Positions 1 through 13,029 of a DNA stretch of 64,000 nt are shown here, one piece after another. The DNA is taken from NCBI RefSeq assembly GCF_044704955.1, contig NC_091999.1:50158001-50222000 (forward strand), written 5' to 3'. The DNA is from Pristiophorus japonicus (lineage: Eukaryota). The translations under genes were made by a program, and so were the position numbers. The notes under the pieces are model-generated. The model made no database searches. It was not told where the DNA came from and was given only the letters and a program-made list of their open reading frames with translations. Each line of letters opens with the position of its first letter. The stretch's first letter is position 1.

Positions 1-94
1 CTGCTCCTAATCCTTATGTTCTGATGGAAGGGAACCTGCCACCCAACCTGTCCCACGGCTTTTACCACCCAGAAGGAAAAGGGCAGCAGGTGAA

Positions 95-348
95 TGGGAA
101 CACCATCATCTGCAAGTTCCCCTCCAAGTCACACACCATCCGGATTTGGTCATATATCGCCGTTCCTTCATCGTAACTGGGTCAAAATCCTGGAACTGGC
201 TCCCTAACAGCACTGTGGGAGCACCTTCACCACACGGACTGCAGCGGTTCAAGTAGGTGACTCCCCACCAACTTCTCCAGTGTAATTAGGAATGGCCAAT
301 AAATGCCGGCCTTGGCAGCGACGGCCACAGCCCGGAACAAATTAAAAA
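95..348 (+). mobile_element. LINE 3' end fragment (CR1/L2-type)
   Basis: Degenerate RT C-terminal motif (...ATCCTGGAAC...CCCTAACAGCACTGTG...CGGTTCAAG) followed by a 3' UTR with AATAAA and an A-rich end, resembling shark LINE tails. Confidence 0.6.
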
Positions 349-448
349 ATCTGTAAATGTTCAATGGATTAAAAGTCTCTCCAGAAATACTTGTTCCTCA
401 AACACTTTTCCATTGTGTGGACAGGGGGTGCTTAACAATCTAATCTCC

Positions 449-775
449 CCCAGAGCCCACCTCCCCGGGGGCCCCGCACGGGCCCAGAGTCCACCTCCCC
501 GGGAAACCCGCACGGGCCCAGAGCCCACCTCCCTGCACGGGCCCAGAGCCCACCTCCCCGGAGGACCCGCACGGGCCCAGTGCCTACCTCCCCGGGGGCC
601 CCGCACGGGCCCAGAGCCAACCTCGCCGGGGGCCCCGCACGGGCCCAGAGCCCACCTCCCCGGGGGCCCGCACGGGCCCAGAGCCCACCTTCCCGGGGGC
701 CCCGCACGGGCCGAGAGCCCACCTCCCCGGGGGCCCCGCACGGGCCCAGAGCCCACCTCCACGGGGGCCCCGCTC
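449..775. repeat. GC-rich 34-bp minisatellite, ~10 copies
   Basis: Unit GGGCCCAGAGCCCACCTCCCCGGGGGCCCCGCAC read directly; one shortened unit near 514-538. Confidence 0.95.
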
Positions 776-779
776 GGGG

Positions 780-1400
780 AAAGGCCGGAGCCGCAGGTTG
801 TTGTTCGGGGCCTGAGGCCCACAGTGGGTGTGTGTGAAGCGGATAATGCGGAGTGTTGTCTCTCGGGCAGGCGGGGCCTGGGCCCGCACTCGGTGTGTGT
901 GAAGCCCGCGCCGCCTGGGGTTTATTAACCCGCTCCCTCCCTGGGCCCATCTCTCAGCCGCTGCGTCAGACACAGCCGCCCTAGCGCGCATGCTCAGCTC
1001 ACACTGCCCGGGTGATTGACGGCAGCTCCGGGCCAATAGGAAGAGCGGGGGCGGCGCCGGAGGACCGAGTTGGCAATGGGTCCTCCAACGAATCAGACTG
1101 TGCTCGGGGCGGGGCTGGAGGACCGAGCGGGCGGAGGGTCCTCCAACCAATCGGAGTGTGCGAGAGGCAGGGCTGAGCCCGGATCTCCCGCACTGAGCAT
1201 GTGCGGGCGGCGGCGGCGACAGTTGGTGGAGCCCGGATCATTTCTGTTGTCGGCGCGGGGCTGGAAGTGGAGCCGTGTGTGGAGCTGGTGAGCGTCATAA
1301 ACACCTGGTGTAGGGCCCAGGGCCAATCACAGCCCAGAGGCTGACCCCGGGCTTGATCTGCGGTGACAGGCCCGGGGTCAGCGGGGTCACCGGCCGCCAG
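780..1400 (+). promoter_or_regulatory. CpG-island promoter and probable non-coding exon 1 of the downstream zinc-finger gene
   Basis: CpG-rich; CCAAT boxes at ~1033 and ~1147; GC box GGGGCGGGGC at ~1106; NRF1-like GCGCATGCTC at 986 and an inverted copy at 1193; ETS-like GGAAGTG at ~1263; candidate donor TG|GTGAGC at 1288. The link to the ZNF exon is inferred. Confidence 0.65.
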
Positions 1401-1865
1401 CTGGGATTTGGGAAAGAGGAAAAATGGGAGACATTCTAAAGCAAATGGTGCAATTTGCAGGTGAACACAAAGCTGTGAGGGGCAGGGTCCGCTGATCAAT
1501 CTGTTCCAGCATTAATAGCAGTATAGAGTACAACAAGCAAGTTCTGGTCAACCTTTATCACTCACTATTTAGACTCAGATATTGAGGGTTGGCCTCAATT
1601 CTGGGACATCAATAATAACTTTCAAAACCAGCAATGTTCAAAGGGAACATTTTCTGGTGTTTTGGGGCAGGTGCAGGGAGTGGGTCTTTCAGTGAGTTGG
1701 ACAGGCTCGATGGGCCGAATGGCCTCTTTCTGTGCTGTGTGATTCCCTGAAATGGTGAGAGTCCGGGAGCGAGTGGTCAGGGAGAGCCCATCACCAAAAC
1801 AGGGAGATATTACAGATATATAGGGAGGGTCAGAGTGTATAAAGAGGTGACGAGAGCACAGACAC

Positions 1866-1995
1866 CCAGAGTCAGTACCTTCAGGGGAGGGGAACCAGTG
1901 AGTGTAGAACTGAACCCAGCCAGAGTCAGTGCTTTCAGGGGAGGGGAACCAGTGAGGGTCGAACTGAACAAAGCCAGAGTCAGTACTTTCAGGGA
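1866..1995. repeat. 54-bp minisatellite, ~2.4 copies
   Basis: CCAGAGTCAGT...TTCAGGG recurs at 1866, 1920 and 1974. Confidence 0.85.
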
Positions 1996-2462
1996 GGAGG
2001 TACAGAGGTTTCGTGAGAGTGTTCCAGAGCTTGGGGCCTCGGCAACAGAAGACAAAGCCACCAATATTTGAGCGATTATAATCAGGGATGCTCAGCAGTG
2101 AGTCACATTCTGCACTGGGGGAGTCGGGTGGTGGCTTCAGGCTTTAAAATTCTCATCCTCTTGTTCAAATCCCTCCAAGGCCTCGCCCCTCCCTATCTCT
2201 GTAACCTCCTCCAGCCCGCCAATCCTCTTAATAAGGAGAAACAATTTTCAGTGTCAGAAAGTTCAGTAACCACAGGCTCAGATTGAATGTGATTGGTAAA
2301 TGAACCAGATGCTACATGAGGGGACTAATGAAGCAGCGAGATGTTCTGGCCTGGAACGCAATGCTTGTTCGGGTGGTGGAAGCAGATTTACTTGTAACTT
2401 TCGAAAGAGATAAACATGAGTTGAAAAAATTTTCAGCGTTATGGGGCAAGAGTAGGACAGGA

Positions 2463-4150
2463 GTCCCCTGAGTGCATCTCACTCGCTAACCGGTTTCCAG
2501 TTCTGGATACTGATGAGGGCGATGATTTCTCTGGGGAGTACAGCCAGAGCCATGTCCACGACACCGTGGGTGGCTCAGCTGCACAGGGCGGGGAGGAAGA
2601 AGAGTGGAAGAGCATTAGTGCTGGTGCATTTGATAGTTAGGGGAACAAAAAAGCGCTTCTGCAGGCACAGACATGATTCCAGGATGGTATGTTGCCTCCC
2701 TGGTGCCAGGGTCAAGGATGTCACTGAGCAGCTGCAGGACATTGTTGAGGGGGGAGGATGAACATCCAGAGGTTGTGGTCCGTATCGGGACCAATGACAT
2801 CGGTAGAAAGAGGGAGGAGATCCTGCAGGCAGATTTTAGGGAGCTAGGAAAGAGATCAAAAAACAGGACCTCAAAGGTAGTAATGTCCGGATTACTCCTG
2901 GTGCCACGTGCTGGTGAGTACAGAAATAAGAGGATGGAGCAGATGAATGCATGGCTGGAGTTTGGTGCAGGAGGGAGGGCTTTAGATTCCTGAGGCATTG
3001 AGAGCGTTTCTGGGGGAGGTGGGACTAGTACAAGCCGGACAGGTTGCACCTCAACAGGACCGGACAATATCCTCACTGGGGCTTTTGCTAATGTTTGGAA
3101 GGCAGAGGAAACAAAGGCTAGAAAATAGACAATAAGGGAGTTTGGCAGGGCTAAATGCCATTGCCAGTGTGTTTCAATGAGATCATCTCTCATTCATCTA
3201 AACTCCGGAGAGTATAGGCCCATTCTACACAAACGCTCATCATAAGACAGTCCTCTCATCACAGGAATCAATCTAGAAATTCTTCAATGCCAGTGCAAGG
3301 AGTCTGGGGATTGAGGCAGATAAGCTGAGGGCACAGACAGACATGTGGGGGTATGATATTGTAACTATTAGTGAAACACGGCTAAAAGAACTGCAGGAAT
3401 GGCAGCTCAACATTCCTGGTCACAGGGTTTTAAGACAAGATAGAGACGGGATAAAAAAAAGGCGGGCACATCGCAGTGTTGATTAAAGAAACAATTCCAG
3501 CTGTGGGGAGGGATGATATGTTTGAAGGATCATCAAATGAGGCCACATGGGAGACGTGAAGAACAAAAAAGGGGCGATCACACTGCTGGGGATGTACTAT
3601 AGACCCCCAAACAGTCAGAGGGAGACAAAAGAGCAAATATGTCGGCACATTTCTGATACGTGCAAAAATAATAGGGCAGTAATAGTCGGGGATTTCAACT
3701 ACCCAAATATTAACTGTGATAGAATTAGTATGAATGATATAGAAGGAGCAGAATTCATAAAATGCATTCAGGAGAACATTTTTAGCCATTACGTAGCAAG
3801 CCCAACAAGAGAGGGGGTGGTTTTGGAATTGGGTTTAATGAATGAAGCTTGGGCAGGTGGAAGTGGTATCAGTGGGAGAGTATTTTGGTGCTGGTGATCA
3901 CAATTCAGTTAGATTCAGGGTCGTTATGGAAAAGGACAAAGATGGACCAGAAATAAAAGTTCTCAATTGGCATAAAGCTAATTTTACTAAGCAGAGATGT
4001 GATTTAACCAAAGTGGACTGGAAACAGCTACTTGAAGGTAACTTAGTGTCAGAGCAGTAGGAGGCATTCAAGGAGGAGATAGCGAGGATTCAGAGCTAGT
4101 ATGTTCCCTTAAGATAAAGGGTGGGACTAATAAATCTAGAGCCCCTTACA
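2463..4150 (+). mobile_element. CR1 LINE 5' part: ORF1 (SGNH-esterase-like) and ORF2 endonuclease, disrupted
   Basis: ORF1 motifs CCLPGARVKDV and VVVRIGTNDIG; AP-endonuclease motifs YYRPPNS, IVGDFNYP, GDHN; frameshifts and stops. Confidence 0.9.
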
Positions 4151-4159
4151 TGTCAATAT

Positions 4160-5523
4160 TAGAATATCAGAGATAGGAGCAGGAGTAGATCATACGGCCT
4201 CTCGAGCCTGCTCCGCTATTCAATAAGATCATTGCCCTCAACTCCACTTTCCCACCTGATCTCCATATCCCTTGATTCCTCGAGAGTCCAAAAATCTATC
4301 TATCTCAGCCTTGAATAGACTGAGCATCCACAGCCCTCCAAAGAATTCCATAGATTCACAAACCTCTGAGTGAAGACATTTCTCATCTCTGTCTTAAATG
4401 GCCTCCCCCTTATCTTGAGCCCCCGAGTTCTAGTCACTCCAGGCCGGGGGAATCTAGCTCTCAGCATCTACCCTGTCAATACCCTTCAGAATCTTGTATG
4501 TTTCAATGGGATCCCCTCTCATTCTTCTAAACTCCAGAGAGTATAGGTCCATTCTTCACAATGTCTCATCGTAACACAGCTCTCTCATCCCAGGAATCAA
4601 TCTTGTGAACCTCCATTGCACCGTCTTCAAGGCAAGTGTATCTTTCCTTAGATAAGGAGACCGAAACTGCCCAGTACTCCAGGTGTGGTCTCACCAAGGC
4701 CCTGTACAATTGTAGCAATAGATCCTTACTCTTATACTCCACCCCCATACTGCTTGCTGTACCTGCATGCTCGCTTCCTGTGTTTCTTGCACAAGGACAC
4801 CCAAATCTCTCTCAACACCAAGATTTAAAGTTTCTCACCATTTAAAAGATATTCTGTTTTTCTATTCTTCCTACCAAGGTGAATAACCTCACATTTCCCG
4901 ACATTATGCTCAATCTGCCACCTTACTGCCCATTCACATCGTCTGTCTATATATCTTTGCACTCTTGTGTTCTACTCACAGCTTACTGTCTCACCTAGCT
5001 TTGTATCGTCAGCAAATATTACACTCGGTCCCTTTATCTAGGTCATTAATATAGATTGTAAATAGCTGAGGACCCAGCACTGACCCTTGCTTCACGGTAG
5101 AAGACACTAAAAACCTCTCCTTTTTTAAATAGGGGCGTTACATTTGCGGTTTTCCAATCTGGTGGGACTGCCCCAGAATCCAGGGAATTTTGGGAGATTA
5201 AAACCAATGCATCCACTATCTCTGCAGCCATTTCTCTTAAGACCCTGGGATGTAAGGCATCAGATCCAGGGGACTTGTCCGCCTTCAGTCCCATTATTTT
5301 ACCGAGTACCACTTCATTACTGACAGTGATTGTATTAAGTTCCTCCTTACCTATAGCCCCTTGATTATCCACTTTTGGGATGTTTTTAGTGTCTTCTACC
5401 GTGAAGACCGATACAAAATATTTGTTCAACGTCTCTGCCATTTCCCTGTTCTCCATTATTAATTCCCCAGTCTCATCCTCCAGGGGACCAACATTTACTT
5501 TCGCCACTCTTTTCCTTTTTAAC
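4160..5523 (-). mobile_element. CR1 ORF2/3' UTR fragments joined across an internal deletion
   Basis: LYRALVRPHLEY (4566-4748) and KSPGSDALHPRVL...WKTANVTPLFKKG (5046-5525); junction at ~5090-5115. Confidence 0.9.
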
Positions 5524-5604
5524 ACTCTTTAAAATGTGCCTCTTTGACCCCCGGTGTCAAATTCTATCTGATAATGCTCCTGTGAAGCACCAGGGGCCAT
5601 TTTA

Positions 5605-5777
5605 CAGAGTTATTTCAAGGCTGAGATAGATACATTTTTGATGTTTGGGGAATCGAGGGAATGGAGATCGGGCGGGAAAGTGGAGTTGAGGTTGATGATC
5701 AGCCATGATGTTATTGAATGGTGGAGCGGGCTCGAGGGGCCGTATGGCCTACTCCTGCTGATAACTCTTATGTTCTT
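5605..5777 (+). mobile_element. CR1 3' UTR fragment
   Basis: ...GAATGGTGGAGCGGGCTCGAGGGGCCGTATGGCCTACTCCTGC...CTTATGTTCTT tail, shared with other CR1 copies in the window. Confidence 0.85.
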
Positions 5778-6054
5778 AAAGGTGCTATATAAATGAAAGT
5801 TGTTGTTGTTTATAAAGGAAGGATAAATGGTGGTGGGTCAGGGAGAGCATTTGATCAGAACTGGGAGATATGGCAGATGGACAGCTTATAGGGAGCGATA
5901 GAGTGAGCGAAAGGAGAGAGAGAGAGAGACCATGTACACAAGAAATGAACTGTAAAGTTGGGTGGGGAAGAGGAGGTGGGGAAGTGACAGCAGACAAAAG
6001 GAGGCACAATAGGAGAAGGGAGAGTAATAAAAGACATATAGAAAATAAAAACAC

Positions 6055-6481
6055 TTGCATTTATTTCGCACCTTTCACCACCACCAGATGCTCCAAAGCC
6101 CTTTACAGTCAATTAAGTTCTTTTTGAAGTGTAGTCACTATCGTAATGTAGGAAACGCAGCAACCAATTTACAATGTGATAATGACCAGATAACCTGCTT
6201 CACTGATGCTAAGGGAAAATATTGGCCAGGACATCGGGGATAACTCCCCTGTTCTGCTTGAAATATTGCAATGGGACCTTTTACGTCCACCTGAGGGAGC
6301 AGACGGGGCCTCGGTTCAACATCTTATCCAAAGGACAGCACCTCCGACAGTACAGCAGTCCCTCAGCACTGCACTGGAGCATCAGCCGAGATTTTTGTGT
6401 TCATGTCTCTGGAGTGCGACATCAACCCACAACCTTGTGACCCAGAGGCAAGTGTGTTACGCACTGAGTCACAGCTGACAC
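6055..6481 (-). mobile_element. tRNA-derived DeuSINE (SacSINE1-like), near full length
   Basis: Minus strand: tRNA-like head TGTCAGCTGTGACTCAGTGCGTAACAC..., Deu-domain-like core GATGTTGAACCGAGGCCCCGTCTG...GTCCTGGCCAATATT, and an L2-type tail ending ...AAATAAATGCAAG. Confidence 0.8.
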
Positions 6482-6615
6482 AAATACTGACATAGTTAGA
6501 GCAGGTTAGCTCAGTTGGAGATGTGAGATGATGCATTTATCAATGCTTAGATATTTTGACTATTCCTCAAAATCAGTAAAATTGTGGAATGTTCAGGTCA
6601 AGGTTCACAGATTAA

Positions 6616-8515
6616 CAATAAGAAATAGGAGCAGGAGTAGGCCATTGTATCCCTCGAGCCTGCTCTGCCATTCAATAAAATCATGGTTGATATGATCTTG
6701 ACCTCAACTCCACTTTCCTGCCTGCTCACCATTACTCTTGACTCCCCTATTATGCAAAAATCTGGCTATCTCCGCTTTAAATATATTGACTGACTCAGCC
6801 TCCACAGCTCTCTGGGGTAGAGAATTCCAAAGATTCACGACCCTCAGAGAAGAAATTCCTCCGCATCTCCGTTTTAAATGGGCGACCCCTTATTCTAAAA
6901 CTATGCACCCTAGTTCTAGATTCCCCCACGAGGTGAAACATCCTCTCTGCATCTACCCTGTCAAGTCCCCTCAGAATCTTACACGTTTCAATAAGTTCAC
7001 CTCTCACTCTTCGAAACTGCAATGAGTACAAGCCCAACATGCTCAATCTTACTTCATAAGACAACCCCTTCATCTCAGGAATCAACCTCGTGAGTTTCTC
7101 TGAACTGCCTCCAATGCAAGTATATCCTCCTTAAATAAGGAGACCAAAACTGTACGCAGTACTCCAGGTGTGGTCTCACGAACACCGAGTACATTTGTAG
7201 CAAGACTTCTCTACTTTTATACTCCATTCCCCTTCAATAAAGGCCAACATTCCATTGGCCTTCCTGATTACTTGCTGTACCTGCATGCTAACTTTTTGTG
7301 TTTCATGCACAAGGACCCCCAGATCCCTTGTGTCCCGCAGCATTTTGTAGTCGCCATTTAAATAATAATTTGCTTTTTTATTCTTCCAACCAAAGTGCAT
7401 AACCTCACATTTTCCCTCATTATACTCCATCTGCCAAATTTTTGCCCACTCACTGAGCCTGTCCATAATACTTTGCTGAATCTTTGTGTCCTCCTCACAA
7501 CTTGCTTTCCCACCTATCTTTGTATCAGCAGCATATTTGGCTGCAGTGCACTCCGTCCCTTCATCCAAGTCATTAACATAGGTTGTAATTAGTTGAGGCC
7601 CCAGCACTGATCCCTGTGGCACCCCACTAGTTACAGTTTGCCAACCTGAAAATGACCCATTTTTCCGACTCTCTGTTTTCTGTTAGTTAGCCAATCCAAA
7701 ATTTATGCTAATATATTACCCCCAACCCCGTGAGCTCTTATATTGTGCAGTAACCTTTTATCTGGCACCTTATCGAATGCCTTCTGGAAATGCAAATACA
7801 CCACTGCTACTGGTTCCTCTTCATCCACCGTGCTCGTTACATCCTCAAAGAACTCGAGCAAGTTTGTCAAACGTGATTTCCCTTTCATAAAACCATGCCG
7901 TCTCTGCTTGACTATTATGATTTTCTAAATGTCCTGCTACTATTTCCTTCATAATGGACTCCAGCATTTTCCCAATGATAGATGTTAGGCTAACTGCTCT
8001 ATAGTTTCCTGCTTTCTTTCTCCCTCCCTCCCTTGTTGAATTGGGGTGTTGCATTTGGGGTTTTCCAATCCACTGGGACCTTGCCAGAATCCAGGGAAAT
8101 TTGGTCGATTACAACCAATACATCCACTTTCTCTGCAGCCACTTCTTTTAAGACCCCAGGATGCAGGCCATCAAGTCCAGGGGACGTCCAACTTTAGTCG
8201 CAATAGTTTGTCTGGTACTTTTTCTCTTGTGATAGTGATTGTTTTAAGTTCCTCGCTCCCTGTGACCCCTTGATTATCTATTATTATTGGGATTCTTTTA
8301 GTGTCTTGCACCGTGAAGACCATACAAAATATTTGTTTAAAGTCTCCGTCATTTCCCTGTTTCTCATTATTAATTCCCCGTCTCATCCTCCAAAGGGACT
8401 AAAGTTTATTTTACCTATCTCTTCCTTTTTATATATCTGTAGAAGCTTTGACTGTATTTATATTTCTTGCCAGTTTACTCTCAATCTACCTTCTCCCTCT
8501 TTATTATTTTTATTA
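6616..8515 (-). mobile_element. CR1 ORF2 (RT) and 3' UTR, disrupted
   Basis: FQKAFDKVP, PQGSVLGPQL, KYAADTK, FKTEMRRNFF in the ORF track; several frameshifts. Confidence 0.92.
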
Positions 8516-8622
8516 AGACAATACTTAAAACCACACGGCAGAAGGAAAGAATGTTCCATAGAAACTAGAATTGTCTCTTCTGAATTTCGATTCTGTACTT
8601 ATTTTGTAAACTCCTTTTGCAG

Positions 8623-9404
<782 letters not shown>

Positions 9405-10649
9405 CTGCAGGGGTTGGATTCTGCTATCATTGCAGCTGTTAATCACATCCCGACTGAATCGTGTCCATTACGACAGTTGAAGTTAGTTTCTGATGATAAT
9501 AACCCTATAATTGGGCTGGAATATAATATTTTGATGTTTCAGTAACAGAGTGTGTCGATATTTAATGTTCCAAGATAAGAGGAGACTAATTGATGTCCTG
9601 TTACTGACTGCACCATTTTGGCGCCTTTTCTCCTTTCTAACTCTGGATTATTTCAGTTCTCATACCTTCGGTTACTCTCGTGGACAAATGCCAGTTCCCC
9701 TTCCCTTCCAGAGTGCCTCTCCTAGCCTTGGCATTGAGGAAAGGTGTCGGTAACATGCCTGGGATCACTGAACACAAAACCCAGTCTGTGAATCACTTTC
9801 AGATACTGGACTTAGTGTCTGTCCAACAGCATCTCTCTCACCTTCGATGTGTGAATGGAGCATCACGCCTGCAAACCTGGGTTTAATTTAAATTTGAATC
9901 CACTCAGGAAATGTATTTAAGAGAATACAGATCACATCAAATAATTGCCAACGGTTTCGAGTCAACAAGATGAACAAGTAAATACATCCCGGCCCAATAT
10001 TCCAGCTCCACATTCACAGGAGAAAGTCTGTTATCAAACTCCTCGAGTAGACAGAATAGAGAACGATGCTGACTCTAAGAATATCTACCATCTGTTGTAA
10101 ATATCTTTCAAATCCTGACTGATACAACCTGGCATTTTCCTTTCAGTTGAAGTGAATGGAAGATGAGAGGGGACTTGGCATAGGGAACTTGGTTAATTCA
10201 GCTTCTGAAAGGTGTTCATTCCATATCGGGGAAAATGTGGTTGTTATCATTAGGGAGAGATTTCACTGAGCAACAGTTGGTGTTTGCACCCAACTGGCTG
10301 TGGATATTTTCATCATAGAATGTTTAGATTAGAAATATTATGCGCGAATAAGAAGAGTTCAAAGACTAGTTGTTTGTGCTTATCACAGGAAGTCTAGTGC
10401 TTCCAACATTGTTGATGTATGTTGAAGAAAATGCAGACTTGTGTCTCTGGACTATGCCGTAGCCAAAGACGACAATATTAGGCAATGCCAGTTCCAGTTG
10501 GATAAGAGGTTGATGGCATAGCAAAAGATCCAGCAGTTAAAACAAAATTATCTCCAGTTATCTGCAGACATCGAATTACGCAGCATGGTCACAAAGTTGG
10601 ACTAAAGAATTTAAAGTATTGAGTTAAATTATTGGGATTGATTGTTATT

Positions 10650-11255
10650 GAATTGAATTGTTATAGAATGGAAAAGTGGTGAAGTTATGCTAAACTTGTA
10701 TCGAACCTTGGTTAGACTTTGTGCGTGCAATTCTGGTCACCATATTATAAAAATGATATGGAGGCACTGGAGAGGGTGCAGAGAAGATTTACAAGGATGA
10801 TACCATAAAGGCGATCGTATACCTATCGGGAAAGGATGGACAGGCCGGGTCTATCTTCTCTTGAAAAAAAAAGGCTGAGGGGTGACCTAATGTCTTTAAA
10901 ATGATGAAAGGTTTTGATAGAGTAGATACAGTGTTTCCACTTGTGGGGACCAGCAGGATTAGAGGCCATCAACATAAGATAGTCACCAAGAAATCAAATA
11001 GGGAATTAAGAAGAAACCTCTACCCAGAGAGTGGTGAGAATGTGCAACTCGCTGCCACAGGGAGGGGTTGAAGCGAATAGTATCGATGCATTTAAGGGGA
11101 GGCTAGACAAGTATATGAGGGAGAAGGGAATCGAGGGTTATGTGGATATAGTTAGATGAGGAAAGAAGTGAGGTAGCTCGAGTGGAGCATAAACGCCGGC
11201 ATGGACTGGTTGGGCCGAATGGCCAGTTTCTGTGTCGTATATCCGATGTAATCCT
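10650..11255 (+). mobile_element. CR1 3' fragment
   Basis: LYRTLVR...QFWSP...ALERVQRRFTRMIP...RLRGDL motifs plus 3' UTR. Confidence 0.88.
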
Positions 11256-13029
11256 ATTGTCCAAGTCACACTGCTCGAAGGGGAAGATAAATGACTTGCA
11301 TTCAAACGCAATTGTTACTTTTGTCTTCTTGGTAAAATGACCATGTCTGGGCATAATTTGTTTGTGAAATTAATACTGATTTTATATATATATATATATG
11401 TATTGCAAAGCGTCGCTGGTCAAACACATGGGAAGGAAAATTTAGCTGAAAATTGAGATCATTAAGTTTTATTTTTGAAAAGGTCCCGTCTCTGTGGTTC
11501 TGTCCAAACTATGTATTCAGTAATAAGTTTTTGGGGGTGACTGTTATGCTAAAGGTAACTAACATCCTTCCTCTTGTAGACTGAATTGCTCTCTGACATA
11601 TTTTGGAGAATAAAAGGTCCAAGAAGAGGTTTGGTTAAATAAAATTAAACAAAGAAACTGGGTCAAAACTTGAACCAAGTGGGATTATTTGATCGATGTT
11701 TAAAGAAAGTATGATAATATTGTATTAGACAGTAAAGTTCCTAAGGGCTCATGAATGAAATGGTGAACACTGTATAAAATGTAATGAGAGGAAATGAGTG
11801 AGGATATACGAGGAAAACAGGAAAGTTACACCTCCAAATAGAAATGTTTCTTAACTCATTGTCATAAATCACCTGGGTACAATCTGGTGTTAATGTAAAT
11901 TCTTGTTAAAGTCAGGGAAGTGTAGGAAATTGCTAAGATTTCTCTCTCAGATGTTTGTGTCATTGCCTACACTGAACAATAAGAAAACTGAATTAAATCG
12001 CCTGGCCACTACCCCAGACATCGGGACTGTGCAGAGGGAGATGAACAAAGATCTTCAGACACCCCACGATCTTTTGATAAGTACACCTCAAATGGCTTGG
12101 ATCAGATGTCCCATTGGGCATGATACTGTGATACCGCTGCGTGTGTGTGTGAACGAGTCTCAGGCATGCTCCGTTATCGACAACAGCACAACATGAAATG
12201 GCTAATGTGGCTCAGGAGAGTGAGAGAACTTTTTAAACCATCAAGGCCGTGACACATTCTCCATAGAAAATGCGACTTTGAAATAATCATGATGGAGTTA
12301 AACACACTGCTACCTGTCAGAGGCATTAGAATTAACAGTGGCGAGAATGCTGATCAAATTAGGATTTCCTTACAGCTAGAATGGTCGTCAGTTTCAAGGC
12401 CTCCACTAAGTACTGAACAAAGAAAGCTTGTAGAGGGGCTAAAAACAAAAGAAGCCAGCCTGTCTGTGTCTGGACAAGGTGGCCATGGCTGTGTACAGAT
12501 CAGCTACAAGCTGAAGGTGGGAGATAAAGAGGCCAGACCTCACAGGCTCCATAACAAAACATGAATCCAAGTGAGAGGCCATCTCCAGCAGGAAGCAGAG
12601 GACCTCAAAAGGGATAGTTTTGGAATCGTGATAAACCGAGGTATAGACCCTCAAAAGCATCATTTTAGTGGTAATAGAGAAAGAACCCTAAAGCCTGCTC
12701 CTTGGAAAGATTGGGAGACCAGGAAGACCCCCCTGAACCAGGTGGGTTGGGACACATCCTGACCCCAAACACTAAATTAATAGTGTTCACTTAAAGAGTT
12801 AGTATCACACCAGGACAATAAGTAATTCAAGAACATTATGTCATACTTCAATACAAACTTAAAAGGTAATGACAGCAGGTTATTTTAAAGTAAGAAATGT
12901 CGTATGTTGATCAGTAATGTTAACTATTGGTTTGCCAAGTACAAACGCTGATAGTGATCATCATATGTGGGACTTAAATAAAATGACATCCCACCTCACA
13001 AAAAGACTCGACCTGTCCCATCCAGTAAA

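Noticed and set aside
361-1499. Overlapping Pro/Gly/Arg-rich ORFs
   Set aside because: Artefacts of the stop-poor GC minisatellite and CpG island; the 34-bp unit is not a multiple of three and ORFs appear in all frames
10130-10610. Possible decayed exon after a TTTCAG acceptor
   Set aside because: Stops in the frames I translated and no recognisable motif
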